A stretch of DNA of 64,000 nt from Bacilli bacterium (GTDB lineage: Bacteria; Bacillota_I; Bacilli_A; RFN20; CAG-826). Positions 43,694 through 52,246 of this stretch are shown here, piece after piece. How positions within the stretch are numbered: position 1 is the stretch's first letter; each line of letters opens with the position of its first letter. The position numbers were made by a program, and so were the translations under genes. The notes under the pieces were generated by a model, which was not told where the DNA came from, did not search any database, and saw only the letters and a list, made by a program, of their open reading frames with translations. Location: contig JAKSVK010000003.1 of assembly GCA_024408075.1 (NCBI GenBank), positions 9,048 through 73,047 on the forward strand. The letters are read 5' to 3'.

Positions 43694-44821
43694 TTATGCC
43701 ATTCTAACTTCAATTACTCCAGGAACTTCTTCTTGCAACACAACTTCAACGAGTTCTTTAATGTCTGCTCCAGCAAAGCTGCAATCTTGGCAAGCCCCTT
43801 TCATACGGACATAAACAACCCCATCTTTATATGATACAAATTCACAATCTCCTCCATCTTTTTGTAAGAAATGTCGAATTTTATCAAGAGTAGAAATGAT
43901 GAGTTTTTCGGTTGTTTCTTCTGAGTTAGTGTCCTCTTTAACTTCTAAGTGATAACCATCAAAAGCATCTTTTGCGTTTAATAAGAAATGATTTGCGACT
44001 TCTAAGAAGTTGAAATTATGAGCTTTTCCCTCTCCTCTATAGTGCTTAGTTATTGCAACATTGTACCATTGAAGAGAAATAAAAATTCTCCATAAATAAT
44101 AACGTTTAATTTGGTTAATGGTTGGCTTGTTATCATAGTAGTAATTTAATAATTCTCTACCTTCGCTAACTTTGCCGTTTCCAAATGCAGCAATATCATA
44201 AATTGGATCGTTATTTCCAACAAATTCAAAATCAATAAAATAATATTCATCATCTGGAGTTTGAATAATGTTACTTCTTTGTGCATCGTTATGACAAAGA
44301 CATAACATCTGGCTCTCTAAAAATGAACGATATCCGAATAAGAAATCTCTTAACATTTCATATCTGTCATTTATCTCAGTTTCATATTGTTTTGCTTCTT
44401 TTTCGTAAATGTCAGTAAATCTAACAAATGGTGCATAGTCACTACGTGAAAGCAAGACTGAATTATGCAAATTCTTGAATAAAACTGCTATTTTTTGATA
44501 GTCAAATTTTTCAACTTTGTCTAATGATTTACCAGAGATAAATTCGTTCATTTTGATTCCTTTTTCAGTGTCAAAATAAACGTTCTTACTGGTGATACCG
44601 ATGTTATGGATAATGGATTGATGTTCTTTTTCAAGTTTGCGATCAACCATTTCGTTAGCTTGTTCGGTTGGAATGTATAAAATGTACTTTTTGTTGTTTT
44701 TATCTTCGACGAGATAAGAAATGTTCATCATTCCGCCAGTGATGGTATCAACAATTTTGCTTCCTTCACCAAGTACTTTATTAATTAAATTAATAGTTTC
44801 TTTATCAAACATACGATTCAT
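43694..44821 (-). CDS. Choline/ethanolamine kinase-like (LicA/APH-fold) protein fused to a C-terminal NifU/Nfu-type domain
   Basis: Kinase motifs CHNDAQRSNII (Brenner) and YFIDFEF. The C-terminal 73 aa, LDKIRHFLQKDGGDCEFVSYKDGVVYVRMKGACQDCSFAG...LQEEVPGV, match the NifU C-terminal domain pattern with CxxC. Confidence 0.8.
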   Translation of the reverse strand: MNRMFDKETINLINKVLGEGSKIVDTITGGMMNISYLVEDKNNKKYILYIPTEQANEMVDRKLEKEHQSIIHNIGITSKNVYFDTEKGIKMNEFISGKSLDKVEKFDYQKIAVLFKNLHNSVLLSRSDYAPFVRFTDIYEKEAKQYETEINDRYEMLRDFLFGYRSFLESQMLCLCHNDAQRSNIIQTPDDEYYFIDFEFVGNNDPIYDIAAFGNGKVSEGRELLNYYYDNKPTINQIKRYYLWRIFISLQWYNVAITKHYRGEGKAHNFNFLEVANHFLLNAKDAFDGYHLEVKEDTNSEETTEKLIISTLDKIRHFLQKDGGDCEFVSYKDGVVYVRMKGACQDCSFAGADIKELVEVVLQEEVPGVIEVRMA

Positions 44822-44858
44822 TATAGCACCAGGAAAATATTTGTAGTAATATTTTGTT

Positions 44859-45362
44859 ATGAAGTCTAAGCGTACTTTAGTTTATATTTTCTTCGCAATA
44901 ACTATTATTATTGATGTTTTAATAATTGTTGAAAGTTGTTACTCAGGAACTAAAAGTGGGAGCCAATCAAAAGGAGTCACACAAGCTATTATTGATTTTA
45001 TTACTTTGATTGATCCAACTAACTGTGTAAAAGATAATCCTGAGACTGCTCATGCTGTAATTAGAAAACTTATCGGACATTTCTTATTTTTTGGAGTCTC
45101 AGGATTATTTAACGGACTTTCTTTTTGCTTCATTGATGGTGCAATTGAAAATAAGAAAAAAGATATTTTAGCAGTTGGACTTGGCTTTGGCTTTTCAATT
45201 GCTGCCATTAGCGAATTTATTCAATTATTAATACCAGGAAGAGCAGGAATGTTTGTAGATGTCTTAATTGATTTTGCTGGTTTCCTACTTTTTTACTTAA
45301 TAGTATTTTTCATTTTCTTTGGCCAATATCATCACAAAAAGAAAATTAAAGAGGCCAAATAA
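44859..45362 (+). CDS. VanZ-like family membrane protein
   Basis: Four to five TMs and the family motif SEFIQLLIPGRAGMFVDVLIDFAGF. Its stop overlaps the next ATG by 1 nt. Confidence 0.75.
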   Translation: MKSKRTLVYIFFAITIIIDVLIIVESCYSGTKSGSQSKGVTQAIIDFITLIDPTNCVKDNPETAHAVIRKLIGHFLFFGVSGLFNGLSFCFIDGAIENKKKDILAVGLGFGFSIAAISEFIQLLIPGRAGMFVDVLIDFAGFLLFYLIVFFIFFGQYHHKKKIKEAK

Positions 45363-47155
45363 TGTTATTACTTTGGGGAAAATACGTTCGTAAATATTAT
45401 TTGAGATACTTAATTTTCTTTATTTTAGGTGTCGCAGCTTTAATTACTGTTGATTATTTTCAACTTGAAGTGCCTGAAATTTTAGGTCAAATAGTAGATA
45501 AATTACAAAGCCAAGGCTCGATTGACGTTAGTAGTGAATGGTTCACAAGTTTGATTATTCGAGTTGTTGTTATTGCAGTTATTCTTTTTGCTGGAAGAGT
45601 TATTTGGAGACTTTCCTTATTTTATGCTTCTAAAAAAATGGAAGAAAAAATTAGGCTTGCGATGTATGAAAAAGCAGAAAAACTAGATATCTTTTATTAC
45701 CAAGATAACAAAGTTGGAAATGTTATGAACTGGTTTACCAACGACTTAGAAACTTTGGAAGAGTTCTTAGGTTGGGGATCATTGATGATGATTGATGGCG
45801 TTTTCCTTACTGTTATTGCTTTGGTGAAAATGTTTATATTAAATACCGCTCTTGCTCTTATTGCTTTAGTACCAATTCTACTAATTGCTGTTTGGGGAGC
45901 TTTATGTGAAAAATATATGGGCATCAAGTGGACTGCCAGACAAGAAAGTAATGATGATTTATATGATTATTCACAAGAATCTTTTACTGGAATAAGAGTA
46001 ATTAAAGCCTTTGTTAAAGAAACTCAACAAATTCATGCATTTTCTAAAATGGCACTTAAAAATGCAGATATTAATGTTGAGTTTACAAAAATTTCCGTCA
46101 TTTTTGATGTCATTATTGAAGTTATTATTGCTGCAGTTGCAGCTACAATATTAGGCTTTGGTGGATGGTTTGCTTATGGTTGCATTAATGGAGCACCAAT
46201 TTATATTGCTGGTAAGCCAATTTTAATCAAGACTGGTGAATTGATTACTTTTACCGGTTATTTCTTCCATTTAGTTTGGCCAATGATAGCTTTAGGGCAA
46301 GTTGTTACAATGCTTTCCAAAGCTAGATCTTCTTATAGAAGAATTGCTAACTTTTTAGATACACCTGAAACTTTAATTGATGAAGAAAATGGTTTAGAAA
46401 TACAAGCGAAAGGTGATATTGAATTTAAAGATTTTTCATTTACTTTCCCAAACCAAAAATTTCCATCAATTAAACACATAACTCTTAAAATTAACCAAGG
46501 TGAAAATGTGGGAATTGTTGGAGCTGTTGGATGCGGAAAATCAACTTTAGTAAATACCTTAGTAAGACTTTATAACGTTGAGAAAAACAAAATTTTCATC
46601 GATGGAATCGATATCATGAAAATTAAGATTCAATCGGTTAGAAATAATGTGGCAATTACTCCACAGGATAACTTTTTATTCTCAGATTCAATTTTTAATA
46701 ATATTGCTTTTTCAAATATTGATTCATCGATGGATAAAGTTAAAAGAGCAGCTCAATTTGCATCTGTTGATGAAGATATAGAACAATTTACTAACAAATA
46801 TGATTCAGTCATGGGAGAAAACGGACATACTGTTTCAGGTGGTCAAAAACAAAGAATCTCAATTGCTCGCGCATACGTAAAAAATGCTCCAATTTTGATT
46901 TTGGATGACAGCGTTTCAGCAGTTGATATGAAGACTGAAAAATCAATTTTAAATTCCATTAAAGAAGAAAGAAAAGGCAAAACTACTTTAGTTGTAGCTT
47001 CTAGAATTTCGACTGTTATGGATATGGATAAAATTATTATTTTAAAAGATGGAGAATTAGAGGCTTTTGATACTCCAGTCAATTTATTAAAAACGAATAA
47101 AACATTCATTAGAATGCACTCATTGCAACAACTCGAAGAGGAAATGGCAAAATAA
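45362..47155 (+). CDS. ABC exporter half-transporter (TMD-NBD), degenerate-site subunit of a heterodimer
   Basis: Six-helix TMD. NBD with GAVGCGKST, canonical signature VSGGQKQRISIARA, Walker B ILILDDS (Asp in place of the catalytic Glu) and H-loop VVASRIS (no His). Confidence 0.9.
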   Translation: MLLLWGKYVRKYYLRYLIFFILGVAALITVDYFQLEVPEILGQIVDKLQSQGSIDVSSEWFTSLIIRVVVIAVILFAGRVIWRLSLFYASKKMEEKIRLAMYEKAEKLDIFYYQDNKVGNVMNWFTNDLETLEEFLGWGSLMMIDGVFLTVIALVKMFILNTALALIALVPILLIAVWGALCEKYMGIKWTARQESNDDLYDYSQESFTGIRVIKAFVKETQQIHAFSKMALKNADINVEFTKISVIFDVIIEVIIAAVAATILGFGGWFAYGCINGAPIYIAGKPILIKTGELITFTGYFFHLVWPMIALGQVVTMLSKARSSYRRIANFLDTPETLIDEENGLEIQAKGDIEFKDFSFTFPNQKFPSIKHITLKINQGENVGIVGAVGCGKSTLVNTLVRLYNVEKNKIFIDGIDIMKIKIQSVRNNVAITPQDNFLFSDSIFNNIAFSNIDSSMDKVKRAAQFASVDEDIEQFTNKYDSVMGENGHTVSGGQKQRISIARAYVKNAPILILDDSVSAVDMKTEKSILNSIKEERKGKTTLVVASRISTVMDMDKIIILKDGELEAFDTPVNLLKTNKTFIRMHSLQQLEEEMAK

Positions 47156-47156
47156 C

Positions 47157-48905
47157 ATGGACTTATTAGTAGATAAAAAGATGCCAATTAAGACCATGTT
47201 TAAGAGGACATGGCCATATGTAAAAGATGAAAAGAAATCTTTCGTCAGTGCTTTCCTTTTGATTATTTTAAATGTTATTGCAGGTGTTGCTTTACCTAGA
47301 CTTACTGGGTTATATACGGATTATATTGCTTCAAGCTCACCAATATTATCAATAATTATAATTATTGCTTGCTCAACCTTTATCTTGTCTTGCCTAAGCC
47401 AAGCTTTCTTATATATCGAAAGTATGATTTTGACTCGTGCTGGTCAAAGAATTGTTTATAAACTTAGAATGGAAGTATTTTCACATATTGAATCAATGAG
47501 TCAAAATCAATTTAACGATATGGCTGTTGGTTCGTTAGTGACTAGAGTTTGCTCATATACATCTCAACTTTCTGAATTTTTCACTAATACCTTAGTTCAT
47601 ATCATTCGTGAAAGTTTAACGGTTATAGTAACATTTGTTTGGATGATTGTTCTTTCTCCTATTTTAGGAGGAATTTTAGCTGCGGTTATCGTTTTGATCT
47701 TTATTATTTCCATCATTTTCTCTACGGAAATTCATAAAGTTTTCCACAAGGAAAGAAAACAAATTAGTGATATTAACACTTATTTAAACGAATCTCTTTC
47801 TGGAATGAAAATAGTGCAGATTTTTAACCAAGAAAGAAGATTTACTAAAAAGTTTCAGGATAAGAACCATGAATATTTTAAAACTAGATATAAGATTACT
47901 TGGCTTTTCTCAATTTACCGTCCTTTAGTATCTTTAATTTATATATTAACTATTGCTTTGATTATTTATAGTGGTTCTCGTATTGGCTTAACTGCTGGAA
48001 CAATAGTGTCTTTCTATTTGTTCTTAGATTATTTATTCGAACCAATTCAAAAATTAGCAGATGAAATTAACCATATTTCAAGAGCAACAACTGCGATGGA
48101 AAGACTTTATAATTTATTAGATATTAAACCTGAAGTATTAAATAAGGATAATAGTGTAGTTCTTGATCACATTAAGGGAAAAATAGAATTTAGACACGTC
48201 TATTTTGCATATGAAAAAGAAAACTGGATTTTAAAAGATGTTAGTTTTGTTATTAATCCTAGAGAAACAGTTGCTTTTGTTGGTGCGACTGGAGCAGGAA
48301 AAACTACTATATTAGGCTTAATTGTCCGAAACTTTGAAATTCAACGTGGACAAATTTTAATAGATGATATTGATATTAGAGATATTGATATTAATTGTTT
48401 AAGAACTTCAATTGGTCAAATGCTTCAAGATGTCTTCTTGTTTACCGGAAGTATCAAAGATAACATTACATTATTTGATAATGGATATACCGATCAAGAA
48501 GTTAATGAAGCAATTGACTATGTCAATGCTAAAGACTTTGTTAATAATCTACCTGATAAAATTAATACTAAGATTGTTAAAAATGGTGAAAATTTCTCAA
48601 CTGGTCAACGTCAATTATTATCGTTCTCTCGAGCGGTGCTACATAAACCTCAAATTATGATTCTTGATGAAGCTACTGCTAATATTGATGTTGAAACTGA
48701 AGTAGTAATACAGTCCTCTTTACTTAAACTTAAAAGTATTGGAACTATGTTAATTGTTGCTCATAGATTATCAACCATTCAACACGCTGATAACATTATA
48801 TGTTTATCTCATGGTGAAATAGTGGAAACTGGAAATCACCAAGAATTGCTTAAAAAACGTGGCTATTACTATAACTTATATAAACTTCAATTTGAAAATA
48901 AGTAA
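47157..48905 (+). CDS. ABC exporter half-transporter (TMD-NBD), consensus-site subunit of a heterodimer
   Basis: NBD with GATGAGKTT, Walker B IMILDEATANID (catalytic Glu present), H-loop VAHRLST, but a degenerate signature FSTGQRQLLSFSRA. Confidence 0.9.
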   Translation: MDLLVDKKMPIKTMFKRTWPYVKDEKKSFVSAFLLIILNVIAGVALPRLTGLYTDYIASSSPILSIIIIIACSTFILSCLSQAFLYIESMILTRAGQRIVYKLRMEVFSHIESMSQNQFNDMAVGSLVTRVCSYTSQLSEFFTNTLVHIIRESLTVIVTFVWMIVLSPILGGILAAVIVLIFIISIIFSTEIHKVFHKERKQISDINTYLNESLSGMKIVQIFNQERRFTKKFQDKNHEYFKTRYKITWLFSIYRPLVSLIYILTIALIIYSGSRIGLTAGTIVSFYLFLDYLFEPIQKLADEINHISRATTAMERLYNLLDIKPEVLNKDNSVVLDHIKGKIEFRHVYFAYEKENWILKDVSFVINPRETVAFVGATGAGKTTILGLIVRNFEIQRGQILIDDIDIRDIDINCLRTSIGQMLQDVFLFTGSIKDNITLFDNGYTDQEVNEAIDYVNAKDFVNNLPDKINTKIVKNGENFSTGQRQLLSFSRAVLHKPQIMILDEATANIDVETEVVIQSSLLKLKSIGTMLIVAHRLSTIQHADNIICLSHGEIVETGNHQELLKKRGYYYNLYKLQFENK

Positions 48906-48925
48906 TTTAATGTTTTAAGTAAATA

Positions 48926-48956
48926 AAAAGCCTTGATTAATTCAAGGTTTTTTTTC
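48926..48956. terminator. Bidirectional intrinsic terminator between the ABC operon (+) and the tRNA cluster (-)
   Basis: AAAAAG-CCTTGA-TTAAT-TCAAGG-TTTTTTTTT. Confidence 0.7.
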
Positions 48957-48959
48957 ATT

Positions 48960-49047
48960 TGGTGCCCGGGACCGGAATTGAACCGGTATGGATTATTCGT
49001 CCGCAGGATTTTAAGTCCTGTGCGTCTACCTATTCCGCCACCTGGGC
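48960..49047 (-). tRNA. tRNA-Leu (anticodon UAA), long variable arm, CCA encoded
   Basis: Reverse complement GCCCAGGTGGCGGAATAGGTAGACGCACAGGACTTAAAATCCTGCGGACGAATAATCCATACCGGTTCAATTCCGGTCCCGGGCACCA. A5:C68 mismatch in the acceptor stem. Confidence 0.92.
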
Positions 49048-49053
49048 AAGAAG

Positions 49054-49129
49054 TGGTGACTCGCCGGAGATTCGAACTCCGGACCCCTTGATTAAAAGTC
49101 AAGTGCTCTACCGGCTGAGCTAGCGAGTC
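49054..49129 (-). tRNA. tRNA-Lys (anticodon UUU), CCA encoded
   Basis: Reverse complement GACTCGCTAGCTCAGCCGGTAGAGCACTTGACTTTTAATCAAGGGGTCCGGAGTTCGAATCTCCGGCGAGTCACCA. Confidence 0.95.
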
Positions 49130-49140
49130 ATTTACTAAAT

Positions 49141-49216
49141 TGGCTGGGGTGGGTGGGATCGAACCACCGAGATGCAAGAGTCAAAGTCTTGTGCCTTACC
49201 TCTTGGCTACACCCCA
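49141..49216 (-). tRNA. tRNA-Gln (anticodon UUG), CCA encoded
   Basis: Reverse complement TGGGGTGTAGCCAAGAGGTAAGGCACAAGACTTTGACTCTTGCATCTCGGTGGTTCGATCCCACCCACCCCAGCCA. Confidence 0.93.
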
Positions 49217-49227
49217 ATTTAGTTTTT

Positions 49228-49311
49228 TGGTGGAGGGGGGCAGATTCGAACCGCCGAACCCGAAGGAGCTGATTTACAGTCAGCCGCGTTTAGCCTCTTC
49301 GCTACCCCTCC
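49228..49311 (-). tRNA. tRNA-Tyr (anticodon GUA), long variable arm, CCA encoded
   Basis: Reverse complement GGAGGGGTAGCGAAGAGGCTAAACGCGGCTGACTGTAAATCAGCTCCTTCGGGTTCGGCGGTTCGAATCTGCCCCCCTCCACCA. Confidence 0.93.
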
Positions 49312-49338
49312 ATATGGGTAATTTTGCTATCTATAAGA

Positions 49339-49414
49339 TGGTGGATGCTGACGGGATCGAACCGCCGACCCCATCCTTGTAAGGGATGTGCTCTCCCAGC
49401 TGAGCTAAGCATCC
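49339..49414 (-). tRNA. tRNA-Val (anticodon UAC), CCA encoded
   Basis: Reverse complement GGATGCTTAGCTCAGCTGGGAGAGCACATCCCTTACAAGGATGGGGTCGGCGGTTCGATCCCGTCAGCATCCACCA. Confidence 0.95.
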
Positions 49415-49436
49415 GCATTTTAGATACGCGAAATAT

Positions 49437-49465
49437 AATATATCATTTAGATATATATAAATCAA
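49437..49465 (-). promoter_or_regulatory. Putative promoter TTGATT-17 nt-TATATT driving the Val-Tyr-Gln-Lys-Leu tRNA operon
   Basis: On the minus strand the -35 is at 49465-49460 and the -10 at 49442-49437, 22 nt upstream of the mature tRNA-Val 5' end. Confidence 0.45.
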
Positions 49466-49492
49466 TAAAAAAATCGCCAATTTTTTGGCGAT
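49466..49492 (-). terminator. Intrinsic terminator after pgi
   Basis: Minus strand ATCGCCAA-AAAA-TTGGCGAT followed by TTTTTTT. Confidence 0.7.
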
Positions 49493-49521
49493 AATTTTTC
49501 AATTAAACTATATAAATATAG

Positions 49522-50802
49522 TTAATATCCTTTTTTACCCAAGAGGTGAAACATATTCTTCTTATAAACTTCAACTCCAGGTTGATTAAATGGATTGATT
49601 TCAAGAAGATATGCACTCATAGCACATGCTCTCATGAAGAAATAGAATAAATAGCCTAAGGTCTTGGCATCAAGTTTATCAATTTCAATAACATTGCATG
49701 GAACTCCGCCTTCTTCTTCATGAGCCTTTTTAGTTCCTAAGAAAGCCATTTGATTAACATAAGAAAGCTTTTTACCTTCTAGATAATTTAAGCCATCTAA
49801 ATCGTCATCTGTATGAGGAATAGCGACATCTAATTCAGGAGTTTTAATGTTTAAAATAGTTTCAAATAAAACTGGTGTACCGTCTTGAATAAATTGACCT
49901 AAAGAGTGCAAGTCAGTAGAGAAAGTAACACTTCCAGGTAATAAGCCTTTCTTCTCTTTTCCTTCTGACTCTCCAAAGAGTTGCTTTAACCATTCAGAAA
50001 GTTGAGACATTTGAGGTTCATAGGTAACAAACATTTCTACATTTTTGCCATGTCTAAGCATATAGTCTCTACTAACAGCATAGCGATAGCAAATGTTGGT
50101 TTTTAAGTCATCATTGTCAAGCTCTTTTCTAGCCTCTTTTGCACCAGTTAACATTGCTTCAACATCAATGCCTGCAGCAGCAAGAGGGAAAAGACCAACA
50201 GGAGTTAAAACACTATATCTTCCTCCAATGTTTCCAGGAAGAACATAAGTGTGATAGCCTTCGATATTGCAAAGTGTTTTCAAAGCACCTTTTTCTTTAT
50301 CAGTTACTGCAAAAATTGCATTTTTTGCTTGGGATTTGCCGACTTTTTCTTCTAAAAGTGCTTTAACTAGTCTAAATGAAATGGATGTTTCAGTAGTGGT
50401 TCCACTTTTAGAAATAACATTGATCGCAAACTTCTTATTCTCTAAATAATCAAGAACTTGTTTAGTGTAATTCGGAGAGAAGGTTTGGCCCATAAAAATA
50501 ACTTCTAATTTATCGTTACTTTTAATTCCTTTTAATGCTTCAAGAGCACATCTTGCGCCGAGATAACTTCCACCGATTCCACAAACTACTAAAACTTCAA
50601 AATTATCTCTAACATATTTAGCATCCACGAGTAATCTTTTAAGTTCTTCTTTATCGTAATCAACTGGCCAATCTACCCAACCAAGAAAATCATTTCCTGC
50701 GCCAGTTTTTTCATTAATCATTTTGTTGATTTTGCTTACTTTTTCTCCATAAGCAAGAATTTCTTTCTCACTTACAGCTTTATTCAATTCAAAATTAATC
50801 AT
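49522..50802 (-). CDS. pgi: Glucose-6-phosphate isomerase (short Bacillota-type)
   Basis: SIS-domain motifs VVCGIGGSYLG, ISKSGTTTE, GGRYSVLT, LFGESEGK. Confidence 0.96.
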   Translation of the reverse strand: MINFELNKAVSEKEILAYGEKVSKINKMINEKTGAGNDFLGWVDWPVDYDKEELKRLLVDAKYVRDNFEVLVVCGIGGSYLGARCALEALKGIKSNDKLEVIFMGQTFSPNYTKQVLDYLENKKFAINVISKSGTTTETSISFRLVKALLEEKVGKSQAKNAIFAVTDKEKGALKTLCNIEGYHTYVLPGNIGGRYSVLTPVGLFPLAAAGIDVEAMLTGAKEARKELDNDDLKTNICYRYAVSRDYMLRHGKNVEMFVTYEPQMSQLSEWLKQLFGESEGKEKKGLLPGSVTFSTDLHSLGQFIQDGTPVLFETILNIKTPELDVAIPHTDDDLDGLNYLEGKKLSYVNQMAFLGTKKAHEEEGGVPCNVIEIDKLDAKTLGYLFYFFMRACAMSAYLLEINPFNQPGVEVYKKNMFHLLGKKGY

Positions 50803-51167
50803 TTTGTTCTCGCTTTCTGTAATGTTTCATTAATCCAAGTTGGAAGCTTTTCTTTTAAATCATTAAAGTCATCAGCTTTAACGCCAGGAAATTTGTTTTC
50901 AGAACGATTTTTAACTAAAACACGCTCATTTTCGTCAACTTGTTTTAAGGACACTCGTAAAAAACCATTAGATTCATCAATAGATAATATCTTTACTTTA
51001 ATTTGATCGCCAATTGACGCAAAAGATTCAACATCTCTTACATAACGATCAGAAAGTTCAGAAATGTGTAGCATTCCAATAGCTCCATCTTCAAATGAAA
51101 GAAAAAGAGCAAATGGTTTTGCTGAAGTAATAGTTCCTATTAATAAATCTCCAACTTGATGTTGCAT
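50799..51167 (-). CDS. S1 RNA-binding domain protein (YugI/GSP13-like)
   Basis: Single S1 OB-fold GDLLIGTITSAKPFALFLSFEDGAIGMLHISEL...GDQIKVKILSID. Its stop overlaps the pgi start by 4 nt. Confidence 0.8.
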   Translation of the reverse strand: MQHQVGDLLIGTITSAKPFALFLSFEDGAIGMLHISELSDRYVRDVESFASIGDQIKVKILSIDESNGFLRVSLKQVDENERVLVKNRSENKFPGVKADDFNDLKEKLPTWINETLQKARTK

Positions 51168-51191
51168 ACCTTAATAATTTATCACTATATA

Positions 51192-51220
51192 AATAAAAAA
51201 GGTAGAAATTAATCTACCTT
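51192..51220 (-). terminator. Intrinsic terminator after the HAD hydrolase gene
   Basis: Minus strand AAGGTAGA-TTAATT-TCTACCTT followed by TTTTATTT. Confidence 0.65.
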
Positions 51221-51239
51221 CATTCATTTTTCTATTTTT

Positions 51240-52070
51240 TTAATCGTTAAGTAAGCTTTCTCGCTCTTGATTCATTGCGTTTGTACTGACTTCATCAATA
51301 ATGTATTTCATAATTCGATCCATTTTTGATCCTTCAGTATAATCAGCTTTTGCAATATATGTGACACGTTTGTCATCTTTAATTTGCTTAACACTTGCTT
51401 CATTTTTGTCGGTGTAAACGCCAATTGAATGTCCATTGTTCTTGTTAACAAGAGTCATACAAGCAACATCAGTCATTCCATCACCTAAATAAACAATATT
51501 TTGATATGGGATTCTGAGTTTTTGCTTATCAGTTTTTGCATTTACTCCCTCATCATTGCTTACTTCAGTAACGCCTTTAGCAATACGGAAGAAGAATTGA
51601 GTTTTTTGAGTATAGTTAATTGCAAGTTTTGGCCAAACAGGAACATCATTTTCATAAAGAAATTCACAACCATATACTTTTGTAAAGTACTTGTATATTG
51701 AACAGCCTTCGAGAATCTCAGTTGTTCCAGATGAGACTAGATAATGCTCAACAATAACATTTTTTTCTAACCCATATTTGTTAATTCTATCAAACCAAGT
51801 TTCCACCCCTGGATGATAAAGAATTTCTTTACCACAATTACGTAAAAATTCTCTAGTTAATTTGATATTTTTTTCGCGACATTTAAGTATCATCATGTAC
51901 ATGTATGACAAAATTCTCTCAACGCCAGTTTTTTCAGAAAATTTACCGGTCTCGCCCCAAAATTCTTCTGGAGTCATACCTAATGCAGGAATGAAAGAAT
52001 AATTCTGCATATCAGTAGTTGATAATGTCTTATCGAAGTCATACATAATCGCAACAATTTGCTGTTTCAT
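51240..52070 (-). CDS. HAD-superfamily hydrolase
   Basis: Motif I MYDFDKTLS (DxDxT) and motif IV YLGDGMTDV. ATG at 52070 lies 7 nt after GAGG; the upstream TTG at 52085 is less likely. Confidence 0.75.
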   Translation of the reverse strand: MKQQIVAIMYDFDKTLSTTDMQNYSFIPALGMTPEEFWGETGKFSEKTGVERILSYMYMMILKCREKNIKLTREFLRNCGKEILYHPGVETWFDRINKYGLEKNVIVEHYLVSSGTTEILEGCSIYKYFTKVYGCEFLYENDVPVWPKLAINYTQKTQFFFRIAKGVTEVSNDEGVNAKTDKQKLRIPYQNIVYLGDGMTDVACMTLVNKNNGHSIGVYTDKNEASVKQIKDDKRVTYIAKADYTEGSKMDRIMKYIIDEVSTNAMNQERESLLND

Positions 52071-52246
52071 CTGATTACCTCGCAAGTTATATTATCACAA
52101 AAGATAATATTTTACAAATTATTTACTCATTGGTATTTTACCCTACTTATAAACAAATATTACATTGCCTACCAAAATTCGAAAGTATAATGCTTGTAAG
52201 AAAATATATTTTCTTTTACAATATCAATTGCTGAGGATATTAAAAC

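Noticed and set aside
43599-43834. Two overlapping plus-strand ORFs (71 and 73 aa)
   Set aside because: They run through tRNA-Gln(CUG) and antisense to the NifU-like end of the kinase gene. No SD. Shadow ORFs.
48887-49382. 96-aa (-) and 80-aa (+) ORFs over the tRNA cluster
   Set aside because: They are made of G+C-rich tRNA sequence. Five well-folding tRNA genes explain the region.
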